This document shows positions 11,305 to 22,683 of a stretch of 32,000 nt of DNA, in pieces. The DNA is from Wallemia ichthyophaga EXF-994 (taxonomy: Eukaryota; Fungi; Basidiomycota), in assembly GCF_000400465.1 (NCBI RefSeq), contig NW_008806289.1, forward strand, positions 228,370 through 260,369. Reading direction: 5' to 3'. The notes under the pieces are model-generated. The model was not told the DNA's origin and made no database searches. It saw only the letters and a list, made by a program, of their open reading frames with translations. Position numbers and translations under genes: made by a program. Within the stretch, counting starts at the first letter, position 1. Each line of letters starts with the position of its first letter.

Positions 11305-14300
11305 CTAATTTGAAGATCTGAATAAAGAGAATAAGTCCTTACGTTCCCTGGTTGGTGATTTCAATGTTTTATCAACATTCTCATCATTTTCTGTATTCAC
11401 ACTTGACTGATATTCACCATCCGATATAGCCTTTTCTTTCTTTGGTGTTGCTGGCATACGACTTTGTTTTGGCCGTAGCGATTGATTTTTGTTTGGCGAC
11501 GTTGGTCTCGACTTAGACAATATTCCTCTTTTCTTCCGAAGGTTTAATGTACTTGAAATCGCTTCACCCACTGTCTTTTTAGCAGGCGGTGTTGACTCCC
11601 TTCGAGTTGATGGTGGCGAATCTGTATCTGTCGTTGCTGATGATGCATCTTCGTGTGTTTGCACTGGTATTTTAACTTGTCTATTCGAATTATTGATTGT
11701 TGAATTTTGACGACGTAATATCAGCTTGTATTTATCTGTAACTCCTCTAGCAAACAGTGTTGATGGATTTATTCTGCGTCCATTCGGTGCCATTGGTGTA
11801 TCTGATTCTACTAAGTCCCATTCATCATCGTCGTTGTCATCTGTTGCGTCTTCATCGTCTGCAATAGATGAGCTTGAAGACGAGCTAACAAGCATTGGTC
11901 TATCAAATGCTAGCACACCTGATTTCTCACGTCTGCGCTTTCTCAAACCATTTGGATGATGTGTGACAATTGATTCACTTTCCTCTACGTTGTCAGACAT
12001 TGACGGTGGTACTTTTGATAGTGATTTTGGTTCCTTATGCAGCTCTGTCTCAAATCGCTGGTTGATAATGGCATCCTCGGTTGTATCTTTGTTCACATTA
12101 TCGACACTTGTAACTTTCTCCAATTTTTCGACCACCTCAGCTTCATCTCCAGTTTTCTCATTTTCATTAAAGACATCATCATGCTCCTCTTCATACATGA
12201 CAGAATGACCATCCTCGTTTAGACGCCTGTAACTGTACTTGTCAAAGAGATCTTCATTGTTGGCGTCAGCATCTCGAATAGCTTCGTCCGCGATCGCAGC
12301 ACGCTCTGGGTCTATGTTGCTAGCATTTAAATCATCATCATCAATAATTGGCTCCATGTCGAGGAATGTCTCATCAAAGTTTTGAGTATCGAGATGATCT
12401 TCTGGGTTAGTTGGTGGTATGTAAGGTGGGATATAGCGTTTCGCGGATATATGATTCCAATCGAGCATTCCTGTCATGCTCATTAATACTTATTTGAAGT
12501 GATTGACTTATCTCACCAAAGTATGGATGACGTTTAATACGTGGTTCACATAGACGTAATTCTGGGTTCTTTTGGAGAAGCTGGTGTGTGTAAGTAATTG
12601 TCTAAAATGCAAAACTTAAACTTACCCCTCTGAGTAAAGACTTGGTATCTTGATCCATATATCTTTCATCGCCAAAATTTAAGTCGTCGTGAAGTACACG
12701 AACATACATATCTGAGTGATTTGAAGCCCAAAATGGGGTCTGGAAACTTGTCAGTATGGGCGATGCTGGTTTGCATCCACGTACTATACCAGCAAGCATT
12801 TCGTAAAGCATGGTTCCGAGTGACCACCAGTCAACTTCATATGAATAGGATAAACCTTGAATAACCTCTGGTGCTAAGTACTCAGCTGTACCGCAGAAGC
12901 TACTAGTGGTATCTTTAGGATCGACATTGGGCGTTGTTGAACTGACTGTCGTCATCCATTCCGGTAAAGCCATGATTGGGCCTTCAGGTTTGGGAAATTG
13001 TTTCGATAGTCCAAAGTCAGTCAATATAATATGTCCATCAGCTGCGATCAAAATATTTTCAGGTTTTAGATCGCGATAGATGACACCAGCAGCGTGAAGA
13101 CCTTCAACACCTTCAACAATCTCAGCAGCATAGAATCTTGCTCTGTCACGACCTAGACGGCCCCATCTAGACAGTTGAGTAGCTAAGTCACCTCCCGGAT
13201 GGAAGTCCATGGCAAGGAATAAGTCACTCTCATCATGAAATGAGTAGTGCAATTGAACGATGAAAGGATTTAAAACATCTCTAGTCATACGCTTTAAGAC
13301 TGTTTGTTCAGTGAGGGTATGTAGCAACTCTTGGTGTGCCAAAACATGTCTTTTGTGAATGGCCTTCATCGCAAAGTATCCACCGTTGGTTTTGTGTCTG
13401 ACCAAAAGAACTTTACCTGCGCAGCCTTTGCCTAAAACTCTCTTCATTTCAAAATCTTCAATCTTAACCTTGCGATGCTTCTTACGAACGACCTTGCGCG
13501 TAGTCGTTTCGTTTGTATCGTTCTGCAGTGATTGGAGATTAGGTTCAGATTGAAATAGTTCATGAGATTTTGCTAGGCTTTGGTTGAAGGAAGCGGACTT
13601 GATAACTTCATCAGAATCTACTGGTTTCTCATTGAGTGTCTCATCTTTTGCTTGCGCGTCTAGGCTCTTATCGAAATTTGTGTTGTCAAGAGCTTTATCA
13701 AGCTGACTGAGTATAGAAGCGAAATCCTTTGAATCGGACTTCTCATCCAAAGGCTGCTCTGGTTGCTCTTCCTTGATCGATGGAATAATCGCTGAAGCTG
13801 GATTTATACCCTGGCTTCTTCTATCAATGCGATTTGACTGTAGGTCGTCTTGCCTAACTCTAGTAAAGCGCTTCCATGCTATTGTACTGCATATTTGCTC
13901 GTCATTTGCTAGCTGCGTGAGGTAATGCGACAGAGGTTCGTTGGCCGGGGAGCTAGAAACATTTGGAGGAGGGCTTAGAGGAGGCTGAATAGAAGCCTTT
14001 GGCTTTGAAGGAGTTGTTGGATTTGATGCAAATCTTGTTATTGTGTTTAGAAATGATCTGCGCCTGCTGTTCGGCTGATTTGAAGGCGGTAATGCGGGTA
14101 TCTCTAAGTCTTGAAGATTCTCGCGTAGCTGTCAATGTGTTAGGTACAAGCAGCCACTAATTTCCCTCCTTACAGTCTCGTCTAAGCTGCGAATGGCAGC
14201 GTGCGATCTTGTAAGCGTCAGTGACTGTGTAGGTGTCTTGTAGTACAGGGTATAAAGTGTTTTACTCCTTTTCAACGGGTTTTCTACCACTTTTATTGAT

Positions 14301-14305
14301 TCCAT
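11305..14305 (-). CDS. AGC-family Ser/Thr kinase with N-terminal PX-like region and long acidic C-terminal tail
   Basis: The ORF is open upstream to an acceptor at 14128. Intron 14129-14173 joins it to exon 1 (MESIKVV..., ATG 14305). Kinase motifs: GKGCAGKV, AMK, YRDLKPEN, DFG, FCGTAEYLAPE. AGC tail DTQNFDETF and hydrophobic-motif-like FDKYSY. Confidence 0.88.
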
Positions 14306-14385
14306 AGTGTTTCGTCGTGGTCGCCAGCCAGCAAAAATCAAAGCGCAATGATTCAAAAAGTTAAATGTATTCAAGATTTTATATT

Positions 14386-15775
14386 TCATTCAAATTTCTT
14401 TACGTCGTGTTCTGTTGGCCCAATTACCGGTTCTTTGCCGCTAGCCGCAAGGTTGCATTGATGATGAATTCGTATCGTGTCGTCTTTTAGAGCGCCGGTG
14501 ACGCTATGAAGCACTTGGCGATTGTGGAACTTGGATTTGTTAGCTAGCAGCTACTTTATGTACGCCAAAGCCACTCACCAAAACTAGATCCTTCTCTTCC
14601 CAATCATGTGTATATACGTGTTCAGGCTTAATTCCAGGCCGCTGCATTGCGTATATAACATCCCTTACCTCACTCAATTTGGTTATATGTGCACCATCTG
14701 GGTATAAGCTGTCGCTCGTCTTCTTATCGGCGGATGAAATTGGCTTGATCTTTAACTCTGCTATTGCACTTGGATGTACTTGGAAATATAAGTCGCCAGT
14801 GACTTTGTTCTTCCAAAGTACTGGATATGTCTTGATCTTGGTGTCATCAACGGGTGGTAGCTCCTCAACCGTCAGTTCTAATCCTTCTGTCTCCAAGCCG
14901 AGAGCATTTGGGCGCGCTTTAGCCTTTGACATCCATACATAAGGATGTGGCGCATATACAACTTGTGTACGAACAGCCAAGGACTTGTGGTTGTCTGGTA
15001 AAATTCGAAACATTTTATTTCCACTGACAAATGCTGTAGATCCCAGTGATACTTGGAGGGTTTCTTCTGAGCCATCGTCGTATCTGAGAGTCTGTTTTGG
15101 TCCTTTAGGTATTCTGATCGCGTAAAGTGTTGTTACTTTTGGAGGATCGAGATCGTAAAGAGCTGCATCTATGTGCCAACTAAGAGACATTAGCTTGTGT
15201 GATTGCTAGATTATGACCCACCGATAGAAACGCGTGAAGCCTTTCTCATCATCCTCGTCGCTAACCTTTGTTTTGTGAAATGTTTTGTGATGAGGATGCT
15301 TGAGCTTAGCCTGTAGATTGTTGATTGGTAGTAAGACAAACTGAAAATTCTCACCTCCGAAAGACCCTCATGGTCATAGACGGTGCCATTGCCGATAACC
15401 TGTACAGTTGGAACACGAGGAATTGTCTTGAGGTCAGGGTGCAAGATTGATTTGCTTGCACCTTCTGTCTTGTTGTTACCATGGCCATATGTTTTAGCTT
15501 CTGGGTCAAAGAGCTGTCAAGAGTCAGATAAGCACCGATGATGACGAAAGCTTACTCTAGTCAGCTCATCTTGCTTTTCAGGCGTTAAGTCAACGTCTTT
15601 GAACAGTATGATGCTGTGCTGTCAAGTGTAAATTAAAGCATATAGTGGAGTGGAAGCTCACTTGGTGCAAAAGTTTGTTCACCTCCTCGAACTCTGCCGC
15701 GCTAAGACAAGAAGGATCGCAGTCGGATAAAATACAACCAAATTCGCTGTCTTCTGAGAATAGCGTTGACTTCAT
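14386..15775 (-). CDS. xanA: Fe(II)/alpha-ketoglutarate-dependent xanthine dioxygenase (XanA, TauD fold)
   Basis: The spliced product has SILHPDLKTIP, HPHHKTFH, TRFYRWHIDAALY (HxD), YDDGS, YAPHPYVWMS, HDWEEKDLVLFHNRQVLHSV and HQCNLAA. These match my recollection of A. nidulans XanA block for block. Five introns. Confidence 0.88.
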
Positions 15776-15826
15776 GGTTGTCTAATCGAAAGAGTTACTG
15801 TGATTCATACGCGTCATATACTCTAT

Positions 15827-15914
15827 GATAAGATAGCGCGGAGATAGGACTCTGAAATGCTATCAAGTTAGCCCGATATATCGCTTTTAGCAGTCGTTTA
15901 TCTCCGCTAAGATA
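15827..15914. promoter_or_regulatory. GATA-site cluster upstream of xanA
   Basis: Eight GATA/TATC cores in 88 nt, five of them HGATAR (15827, 15832, 15843, 15861 reverse, 15899 reverse), plus a 9-bp inverted repeat. Confidence 0.6.
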
Positions 15915-16055
15915 CGTTCATGTGATTTTATGCTAGATTTTATTCATATTCAGCTATTCGCATGCCTTATTAGGTCATTGCAGAAGTTCTTTAGGAATGC
16001 AATAATGTAAATACATGAAACCCACAAAGAAACTTTACAAAAGAGTTCCATGAAA

Positions 16056-18383
16056 TCAGAATGGATCTATAACACAGCTTTCCTCGCCATTATAGACTTC
16101 AAAAGAAGTAACTTTATCCGTAACTTTATCTATAGATGCATATATTGCCTGTGTATCAAATTCAGAATGTGTATAAAATCAAAGCCAATCCGCTCACATT
16201 AGTCAAGTCCCTAGAAAGCTCCTCGTTGCCGTAGTTGAAAGGTGACAGCATGATGCCTGATTTGGTCTCCAAGAATAGCGTGCTTGGAACATCGCTTGCC
16301 CTTGGAAGATGATGCATTCCAACATTTGCCCAAAGAACTAAGTCTTCTTGTACGATATTCTCATCATTTAAGAATGTATTGAAATCGACAGGTGGCTTCA
16401 TCATATTAGCAATGATTTGGAGCCCATACAGTCAACTCACATTGTTTGGTAGGTTCATGTTATACATCGAGCTAGCACTCTCTTCATCCTCGTTGTATTT
16501 GGTCACGTAGACGTGCTGTCTACTGAACACAGCATTCCGCTTCATACGTGACTGTGTGTCTGGCGTATCATGGATAACGGGAGTTGATGGCATTATACGA
16601 TAGGCTGGATTATAGCCATACTGAGTTTTCTTATCCAGGTTCGAAAGGAGCAGCCAGTGATCGTAGTTGTTTGACCAATTCATACCTTTCTCTTGTTCTA
16701 TGTTAGATGTGTTGATCACCTTGGACTCATAAGCATCTTCATCCTCATCTTGCCAAAAGAATTTTGTATTTTGTACGTCTATGGACTTTTCCACCAAGGT
16801 GTTGCTCTCACCGAGAATGTCCAAGTCGAATTTGAATAGGATAACGTGGTCGTGAATGTTTCCGAAGGTTGTATCAGAGACTTGAGTGCCAAACTTATCG
16901 CCACCCCTCGAGCTGTGTGTCTGAAGAAGATAGCCGGAGGCTGATGCTGATGCTTCAATTGTACCGTCCGGCATGAGTGCATAGTCTATCATATAATCAT
17001 AGTTTCCAGGTGTGCTTATGCTTCTGATGACCAGTTTTGAGGCTTTGTTAGAAGAGGCGTCGTTCACTCCATAATGCCTAGAAATTGGCTGGAGAAGAGG
17101 CATCTCGAAGATGCAAATAGAGTTGGGAGTTGTAACATCATGTGTACCATTCCAATAGTGCGTTGCTAAATATGTGGCTTCGTCGGCACAGTCATAGCCT
17201 TTGAGAAGAGGAGTGAGCTTCTCACCCAACCCGATACCTCTATCAAGGAGAAAAGAATTTGCATTTGTAGGAGTATTTGCTGAGTAATGAGATACTGCTT
17301 CTTGTAGACTAATTTCGTACGCTATTCTAACACTATTAAAGCGCAAGTCGTGGATGCTAACACCAGTCTCTGGGTTGTGAGCGAAAAAAAAGTCCCAATT
17401 GAGCCATGAAACGTGGTTCTGCTTATCATCAAGCCTGTATCTGAGCCCCTGTTTTGACAAACTGATAGGCGCAGGACGTTCCTCGAGATCTCTGACTGGT
17501 ACATCAGGGCGACGTCGTGACCAGTGTGCTAAATCTTTTTCGGTGAATTGAGGGATGAAATTCGCAACTTCGCCTTTCTCATAGTCTTCTGCGAAAGATT
17601 TCAAGCTTCTCCACACTTTATCGCCGTACACGATCTTTAAAACACTCCATTCAGAGAACTTTTGACCAGAGATATCTATTAAAATGTGGAATCCAGTGAA
17701 GCCACCCCACTAAGTCCTTGTCAGTATAACTTTTTGTGTGAATATTTGTTGTCACTTACGAAGGCAGAATCTTCTGGGGTTTGTGAAAGCTCTAACCATC
17801 TCAGACGCTTATCGCTGTCAAGGTTGAGGCGCTCATCTAAGTACATGTACTCTTCCAAGCTCCATGGCTTGCCAAGCAAGTCTTCAATTATCGCTGAAAT
17901 TGGGGCGAGAGCATAATACACGAAAACCTTCTCTAACATTTTATCCTTGTGTGCCTTGGTTCTGCGGCTATTGTGAGGGATAGGTGGAGTGTTGGTTGAG
18001 TGTACCTGGACGTTGTCTTGATTAAGTGGGCCAACGGTGTATGACCTGATGGAAGGGTCGCTTTCCGAACCGTGTACAATGATAGCTTTAGCATATCTAT
18101 CTGGTTTGGAACCGTTGAAGTTCAAGTATTCTAATGTTTCATATTTCTTTGGTGAGTTGAGTGTGAGGAGTTCGACGTAGTTATCAGCAGGGCCAGCATC
18201 TTCCAAACTGGTGAGATTGAATTTGTCATAGATAAATTCATATGCTTGATTGAACTCTTCTGATGTGAGTTGATTGAAAGGGTTTTCCTTGACATTCTTC
18301 GTCTCCTCGAATGTTGAGAATGGTGGATTGTAAGAAAGTGAAAGCGAGATGCAGCCAAGTATAACCAAAGCCACAGATTTCAT
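16056..18383 (-). CDS. Copper-containing amine oxidase, probably secreted
   Basis: Signal-peptide-like MKSVALVILGCISLSLS, topaquinone motif GNYDY, Cu ligands HDH and GMHHLP, and catalytic-base region FLLDRG. Three introns. The last exon ends CVIDPF-stop at 16056. Confidence 0.92.
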
Positions 18384-18551
18384 CCTCAGCGTTTCTCAAC
18401 AAAATGTTCATTCTTCGTTAGGATATTCAAACGCTGGGAATTTAGTCTACGTGTTTGAAATCTGCATTCCTGTGACAAAGCAGTAGAAATTGTGTGAAAA
18501 AAATTGAATTTTTGATTGGGTTTGACATATTGATTTATATCTTTTGCCGTC

Positions 18552-19810
18552 ATGATCTTCTCATCAAACAACAGGAGCCGAGATATACGCACACTGGGAT
18601 TTCTGTCGTTGGCATGTTTTCTGGTGCGATCTATTTAAATTGCTATTTCTAGGATAACGAATAATTCTAGTATGGCTGGTCGGTCTCTTCGATTGGTAGT
18701 GTGCAAAACGCAGCTATATGTCAAACTGGGGATGTTACGCGTAATAGATTAGAATGCTTGAATATTTCAGACACAAGCTACTCATTTGCAGTTGGTCCTT
18801 TCTTTGCTGCAGGCGGTTTGGTCGGTAGCTTGGTGATTTCACCTTATCTGGGCAATCGTGTGGGCTGGACAAACCTTTCCCGCGTAGCATTCAGCGGATA
18901 TTTTAGCTTGATTGGTCAAGTAATCATCGCAATTACCCCATTTGCATCCCTTCTCTTCGTTGGCAGGCTGCTCTCTGGAATCAGCGCGGGCGTTGCAATC
19001 GTTGCCGTTCCAATTGAGCTCGAGAGGATGAAGGACAGCGAGGACAGCTACCTAGGACTGCTCACACAAATCTCGATTGTCACTGGTCTCACCGTCTCTC
19101 AAGCGTTAAGTTTGGCCCTTGCCAAGCCGACATACTGGCGTCTTATGCCGATGATTGCAGGACTGATATCAGGTATCCAATTGCTTCTACACAGAAGATA
19201 CTCTCCGTTGCCAACAGAGGATTACGAGGAGAATGATGAAGTTGTGCCTCAATTATCAATGCTTGATGTCTTAAAAGACAGGGAAATGAGACCAAAGCTC
19301 ATTAAAGCAGTCGTATTACTTGCATCTCAGCAGTTCGCTGCTATAAACATCATACTATTCTACTCCAAAATGATCTTTAACAGTGACCTAATCAGCATGC
19401 TGATAACATTGGTGAATTTTTTCATGACATTTCTCACGTTACTCATACTAAATATGCTCAGCAAGAGGTCATTATTTAACGTAAGCTATTTTGGTGCAAT
19501 TGTATCACTGGGGATACTATCATTGTCTCTAGAGCGTAATTACATGGTGACGAGTATAGTAATATACGTCTACATAGCCAGCTACTCGATCGGATTGGGA
19601 CCACTACCATTTGATATTCTCGGGCAGCTCTCCACAGAAGAAACAAAAAATTCGTTATCAAGCATTGGGTTGAGTGTGAACTGGATAACAAACATGATAA
19701 TGTCAGCAGGGTTTTCGATATTGGTTGGTGTGGTGAACAAGAATATAATTTTTGCAATATTCTTTACACTGAATATTATTGTAGCAGTTGCTCTTAATGT
19801 CTTATGGTGA
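18552..19810 (+). CDS. MFS sugar-porter family transporter (resembles vacuolar Vps73/YBR241C type)
   Basis: Exon 1 18552-18623, intron 18624-18670, then YGWSVSSIG. Sugar-porter motifs VGRLLSGISAG, QQFAAINIILFYS and YSIGLGPLPF, with about 12 hydrophobic segments. Confidence 0.88.
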
Positions 19811-20720
19811 CGACCTGAACGATGGCTTAGATTATAACTTTGATAACATTGAGTCTGAAAATGAAGGCAGCTTCGTAGATGAGGAGTTCGCTGCTGGTGA
19901 TGATAATGAGGAATCGCTACAGCTAGCTACTGGGCAGAAGAGAGTGAGGGATGATGTAGAGCAGCCCCAGCAGAAGAAGAAGAAGACTAAAAAGACCAAG
20001 CATTGGTCCAGTCAAGTGCCTCAAGTAGCGAAATCTGCGCAGTCGAGTCAATACGACTTTTTAAAAGATCAGCTTAAGTCTGTTTATGGCAAATTATCCG
20101 ATATTGAGATCGAGGAGAGGGTTATTCCAGGTGAGCTATTCTAAATAGCCTATAAACCGACTAACCTTGGATGAAAATTAGAGACAGCGATTGATGCTAC
20201 ACACGAATACAGTCTTCCTAGGAATAAGGATACTATTACAGACTTTATAAGCACACAGTTTAGCAATTTGAAGGATTCGCTTAGTAAGCCAAACAAGCAG
20301 AAGGGTAGTCCGAGATTGCTTGTTATATGCTCATCTGCGATTCGTTGCGCTGATGTTGTTCGTTCACTCAAACAGCTCAATCCATCAAAGGACATTCCAA
20401 TTGCCAAGTTATTTGCTAAGCATATAAAACTGCATGAGCAGAAGGATTTCTTGCAGTCGAATCAGACTGTTATCGCAGTCGCAACACCAAATCGAGCAAA
20501 ATCACTTATAGAGGATGGCACATTGAATACAAAGTACCTAAGTTTGATATTACTTGATTCTAGTTATACAGATGATAAGCAGCGGACATTGTTTGATGTA
20601 CCAGAGACCAAAACTCAGCTATTCGATCTACTCAATTTGAAAAGCATATATGAGAGGTTCAAGGGAGAAATTGGCGGACAAGGAGACAAAGGACGTAAGA
20701 CAGCGTTGTGTTTATTTTAA
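19797..20720 (+). CDS. CMS1: Cms1/CMSS1 ribosome biogenesis factor (helicase-like, catalytically degenerate)
   Basis: The N-terminus MSYGDDLNDGLDYNFD resembles yeast Cms1 as I recall it. Also GSPRLLVICSSAIRCADVVR, AKLFAKHIKL, VATPNR and LDSSYTDDKQRTLFD. Intron starts at 20131. Confidence 0.85.
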
Positions 20721-20755
20721 TACTAGAAATACATACAACTTGAGCCTATCATTCA

Positions 20756-21309
20756 TTATTCCTCACCAACCCAACGATTAGCTATTTCACCAATGTAAGG
20801 GAGTGGATACCTTTCAAGACTTTGGGCATCTCTATAAGCCTTTAAAGCGCAATTGCCGAGTGCGAATAAGTCGAGAGCGATAGCGCACCACTTGAAGAAA
20901 GAAGGAAAGCGTAGAATGAGTAGGAGTAAGTGTATAAGGGATAGAATAACTGAAAGTAAAGCAGATTGATAAGCGTGGTCTGTATATGTTAATGAGTTAA
21001 TTGATAGCAAAACAATAATCTCACATCGTACGTAATCCGAGGTAGTCTCAACGACAAGAATCAAAAGGGCTGGGTGGTTATAGGTCAATGAGGGGAATTG
21101 TATATTTTACGCTAATACACACCACTAATTGGACCTAACGAATATGCAGATGCAGCTTCAACGTCAAGTCTCCAGCCTAACTTTGTATCCCATGCGCCAA
21201 CAGCTTGACCAGCTTCAAGGTTTTCTGTTTCCTGGACGTCGCCATAGAAAGGCTGAGGGATGTTTCCAGATTGATAAGAATTGAGACTAGCAGGTGGATA
21301 CGAGGACAT
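20756..21309 (-). CDS. UPF0132-like small membrane protein of unknown function
   Basis: Two introns give WRLDVEAASAYSLGPISALLILVVETTSDYVRYHAYQS, followed by two more hydrophobic segments and ERYPLPYIGEIANRWV. Confidence 0.75.
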
Positions 21310-21434
21310 TTGAGTAGAGCAATGATGGTTCAAGTTTGAGAGGATTAAAGAGGTATTTAAGGCATAAAATATTTATTTAATTCAGTTATTCAAACACTCT
21401 CTCAGTCGTACGTTCATCACTCAAAGCTATAGGA

Positions 21435-22664
21435 ATGAACATCGCAATTATAATGCCCTTAATTGGGCTCATCTTCCATACTTATCAGATATTCATCAGT
21501 CCTCAGCTTCAACATTTCGGTATTCGCAATAAATCCATCACAAACCGCAATTCGGACTCTTGTAAACCGATCCCCGAGTTTGAAGGCTGCGAAGGTAATT
21601 TCTAAGCTTTTTTTTACAGGAACGTTGCTTAAAAATTATATTCAGATATCCGTTATCATCAATCTGCTAATGATTTATACCTCAGTTGCGCTCCAGTGGA
21701 ATCTAGGTTACTCTGGGGGCCCGGTCACGCGGTTTATAATGAACAGACCAATGAAGATTATATTGCAAAATATAATTTAGATTCTGGAATATTCACTAAA
21801 TTGGTTATGGATAAGTTACCTCAAGGTGGTCTTGGCAATCACGGTATTGATCTTGTTGACAACTCAGATGGTTCTGCTGATATTTTTATGGTTAATCACG
21901 CTAGAAATGTTAGCGGTGATACAAAATCACCTACTATTGAAACTGTTGAAGTTTACAAGACTAGTTCATCAAATCAACTTACTCACTTGAAAACTTTCAG
22001 TGATCAAAACGTCATGTACTCACTCAACGCTGTCGCTGCTGATGGAAAAGGTGGTATTTACTTCACTAACGATAAACCAACAAGAGTTTGGAGAGAATAT
22101 GTCGATCTTGCACTTCTTGCTACAAACTTCGCTACTTCAACACTTGGTCACTGTAATGCCTCAGGTGAATGCAAACCAGTTGGTACATATACATCACTCA
22201 ATGGTATTGCTAGAATCGATCAAGATCATTTCGTACTCAACCTCCAAAATGAAGGTAAACCTTTAATCATGCAAAGGCAATCAGACGACACATTGATTCA
22301 AGAACAACAATTCCACATTGGCTCACCAATCGATAATGTCTCATTCGATCCAGTTACCAACGAGGTCTACGTCGTCGCGTTCCCAAAAGTATTTGATACA
22401 CTGAAAAGTATGAAAAACCCTCATATACATAAATCAGCAGTCCAGATCTATCGTCTTTTCAGGATGGAAATAAGCGATGAGCAGGTCAGAAAATTGTACT
22501 CTGAAGAACCTGTTCCTGGCAACAAGTACTACAGATGGAGAGCTGAGTTAGTTTTAGAAGATGATGGATCGAATGTATCATCTGTTACAACAGCTTTCAG
22601 AGTCAAGGACAAGCTGTACTTGGGTGGTTATGTCAATCCAGTTGGATATATCTGTGACATTTGA
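21435..22664 (+). CDS. Paraoxonase/arylesterase-like six-bladed beta-propeller with N-terminal signal anchor
   Basis: Intron 21595-21645 gives GCED. NHGID, VNH, FTND, LNGI and IDNVS align with PON-family Ca and catalytic positions. Confidence 0.82.
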
Positions 22665-22683
22665 GTCGTTGATGATGCTACTT

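Noticed and set aside
16110-16131. Short tandem duplication AACTTTATC x2 (encodes DKVTDKVT)
   Set aside because: It is a tiny repeat inside the last amine oxidase exon with no evidence of function or mobility.
18386-18592. 68-aa minus-strand ORF ending 2 nt before the amine oxidase ATG (possible uORF or extra exon)
   Set aside because: It has no recognisable motif, overlaps MFS exon 1 antisense and crosses the divergent promoter, so it is most simply a chance ORF.
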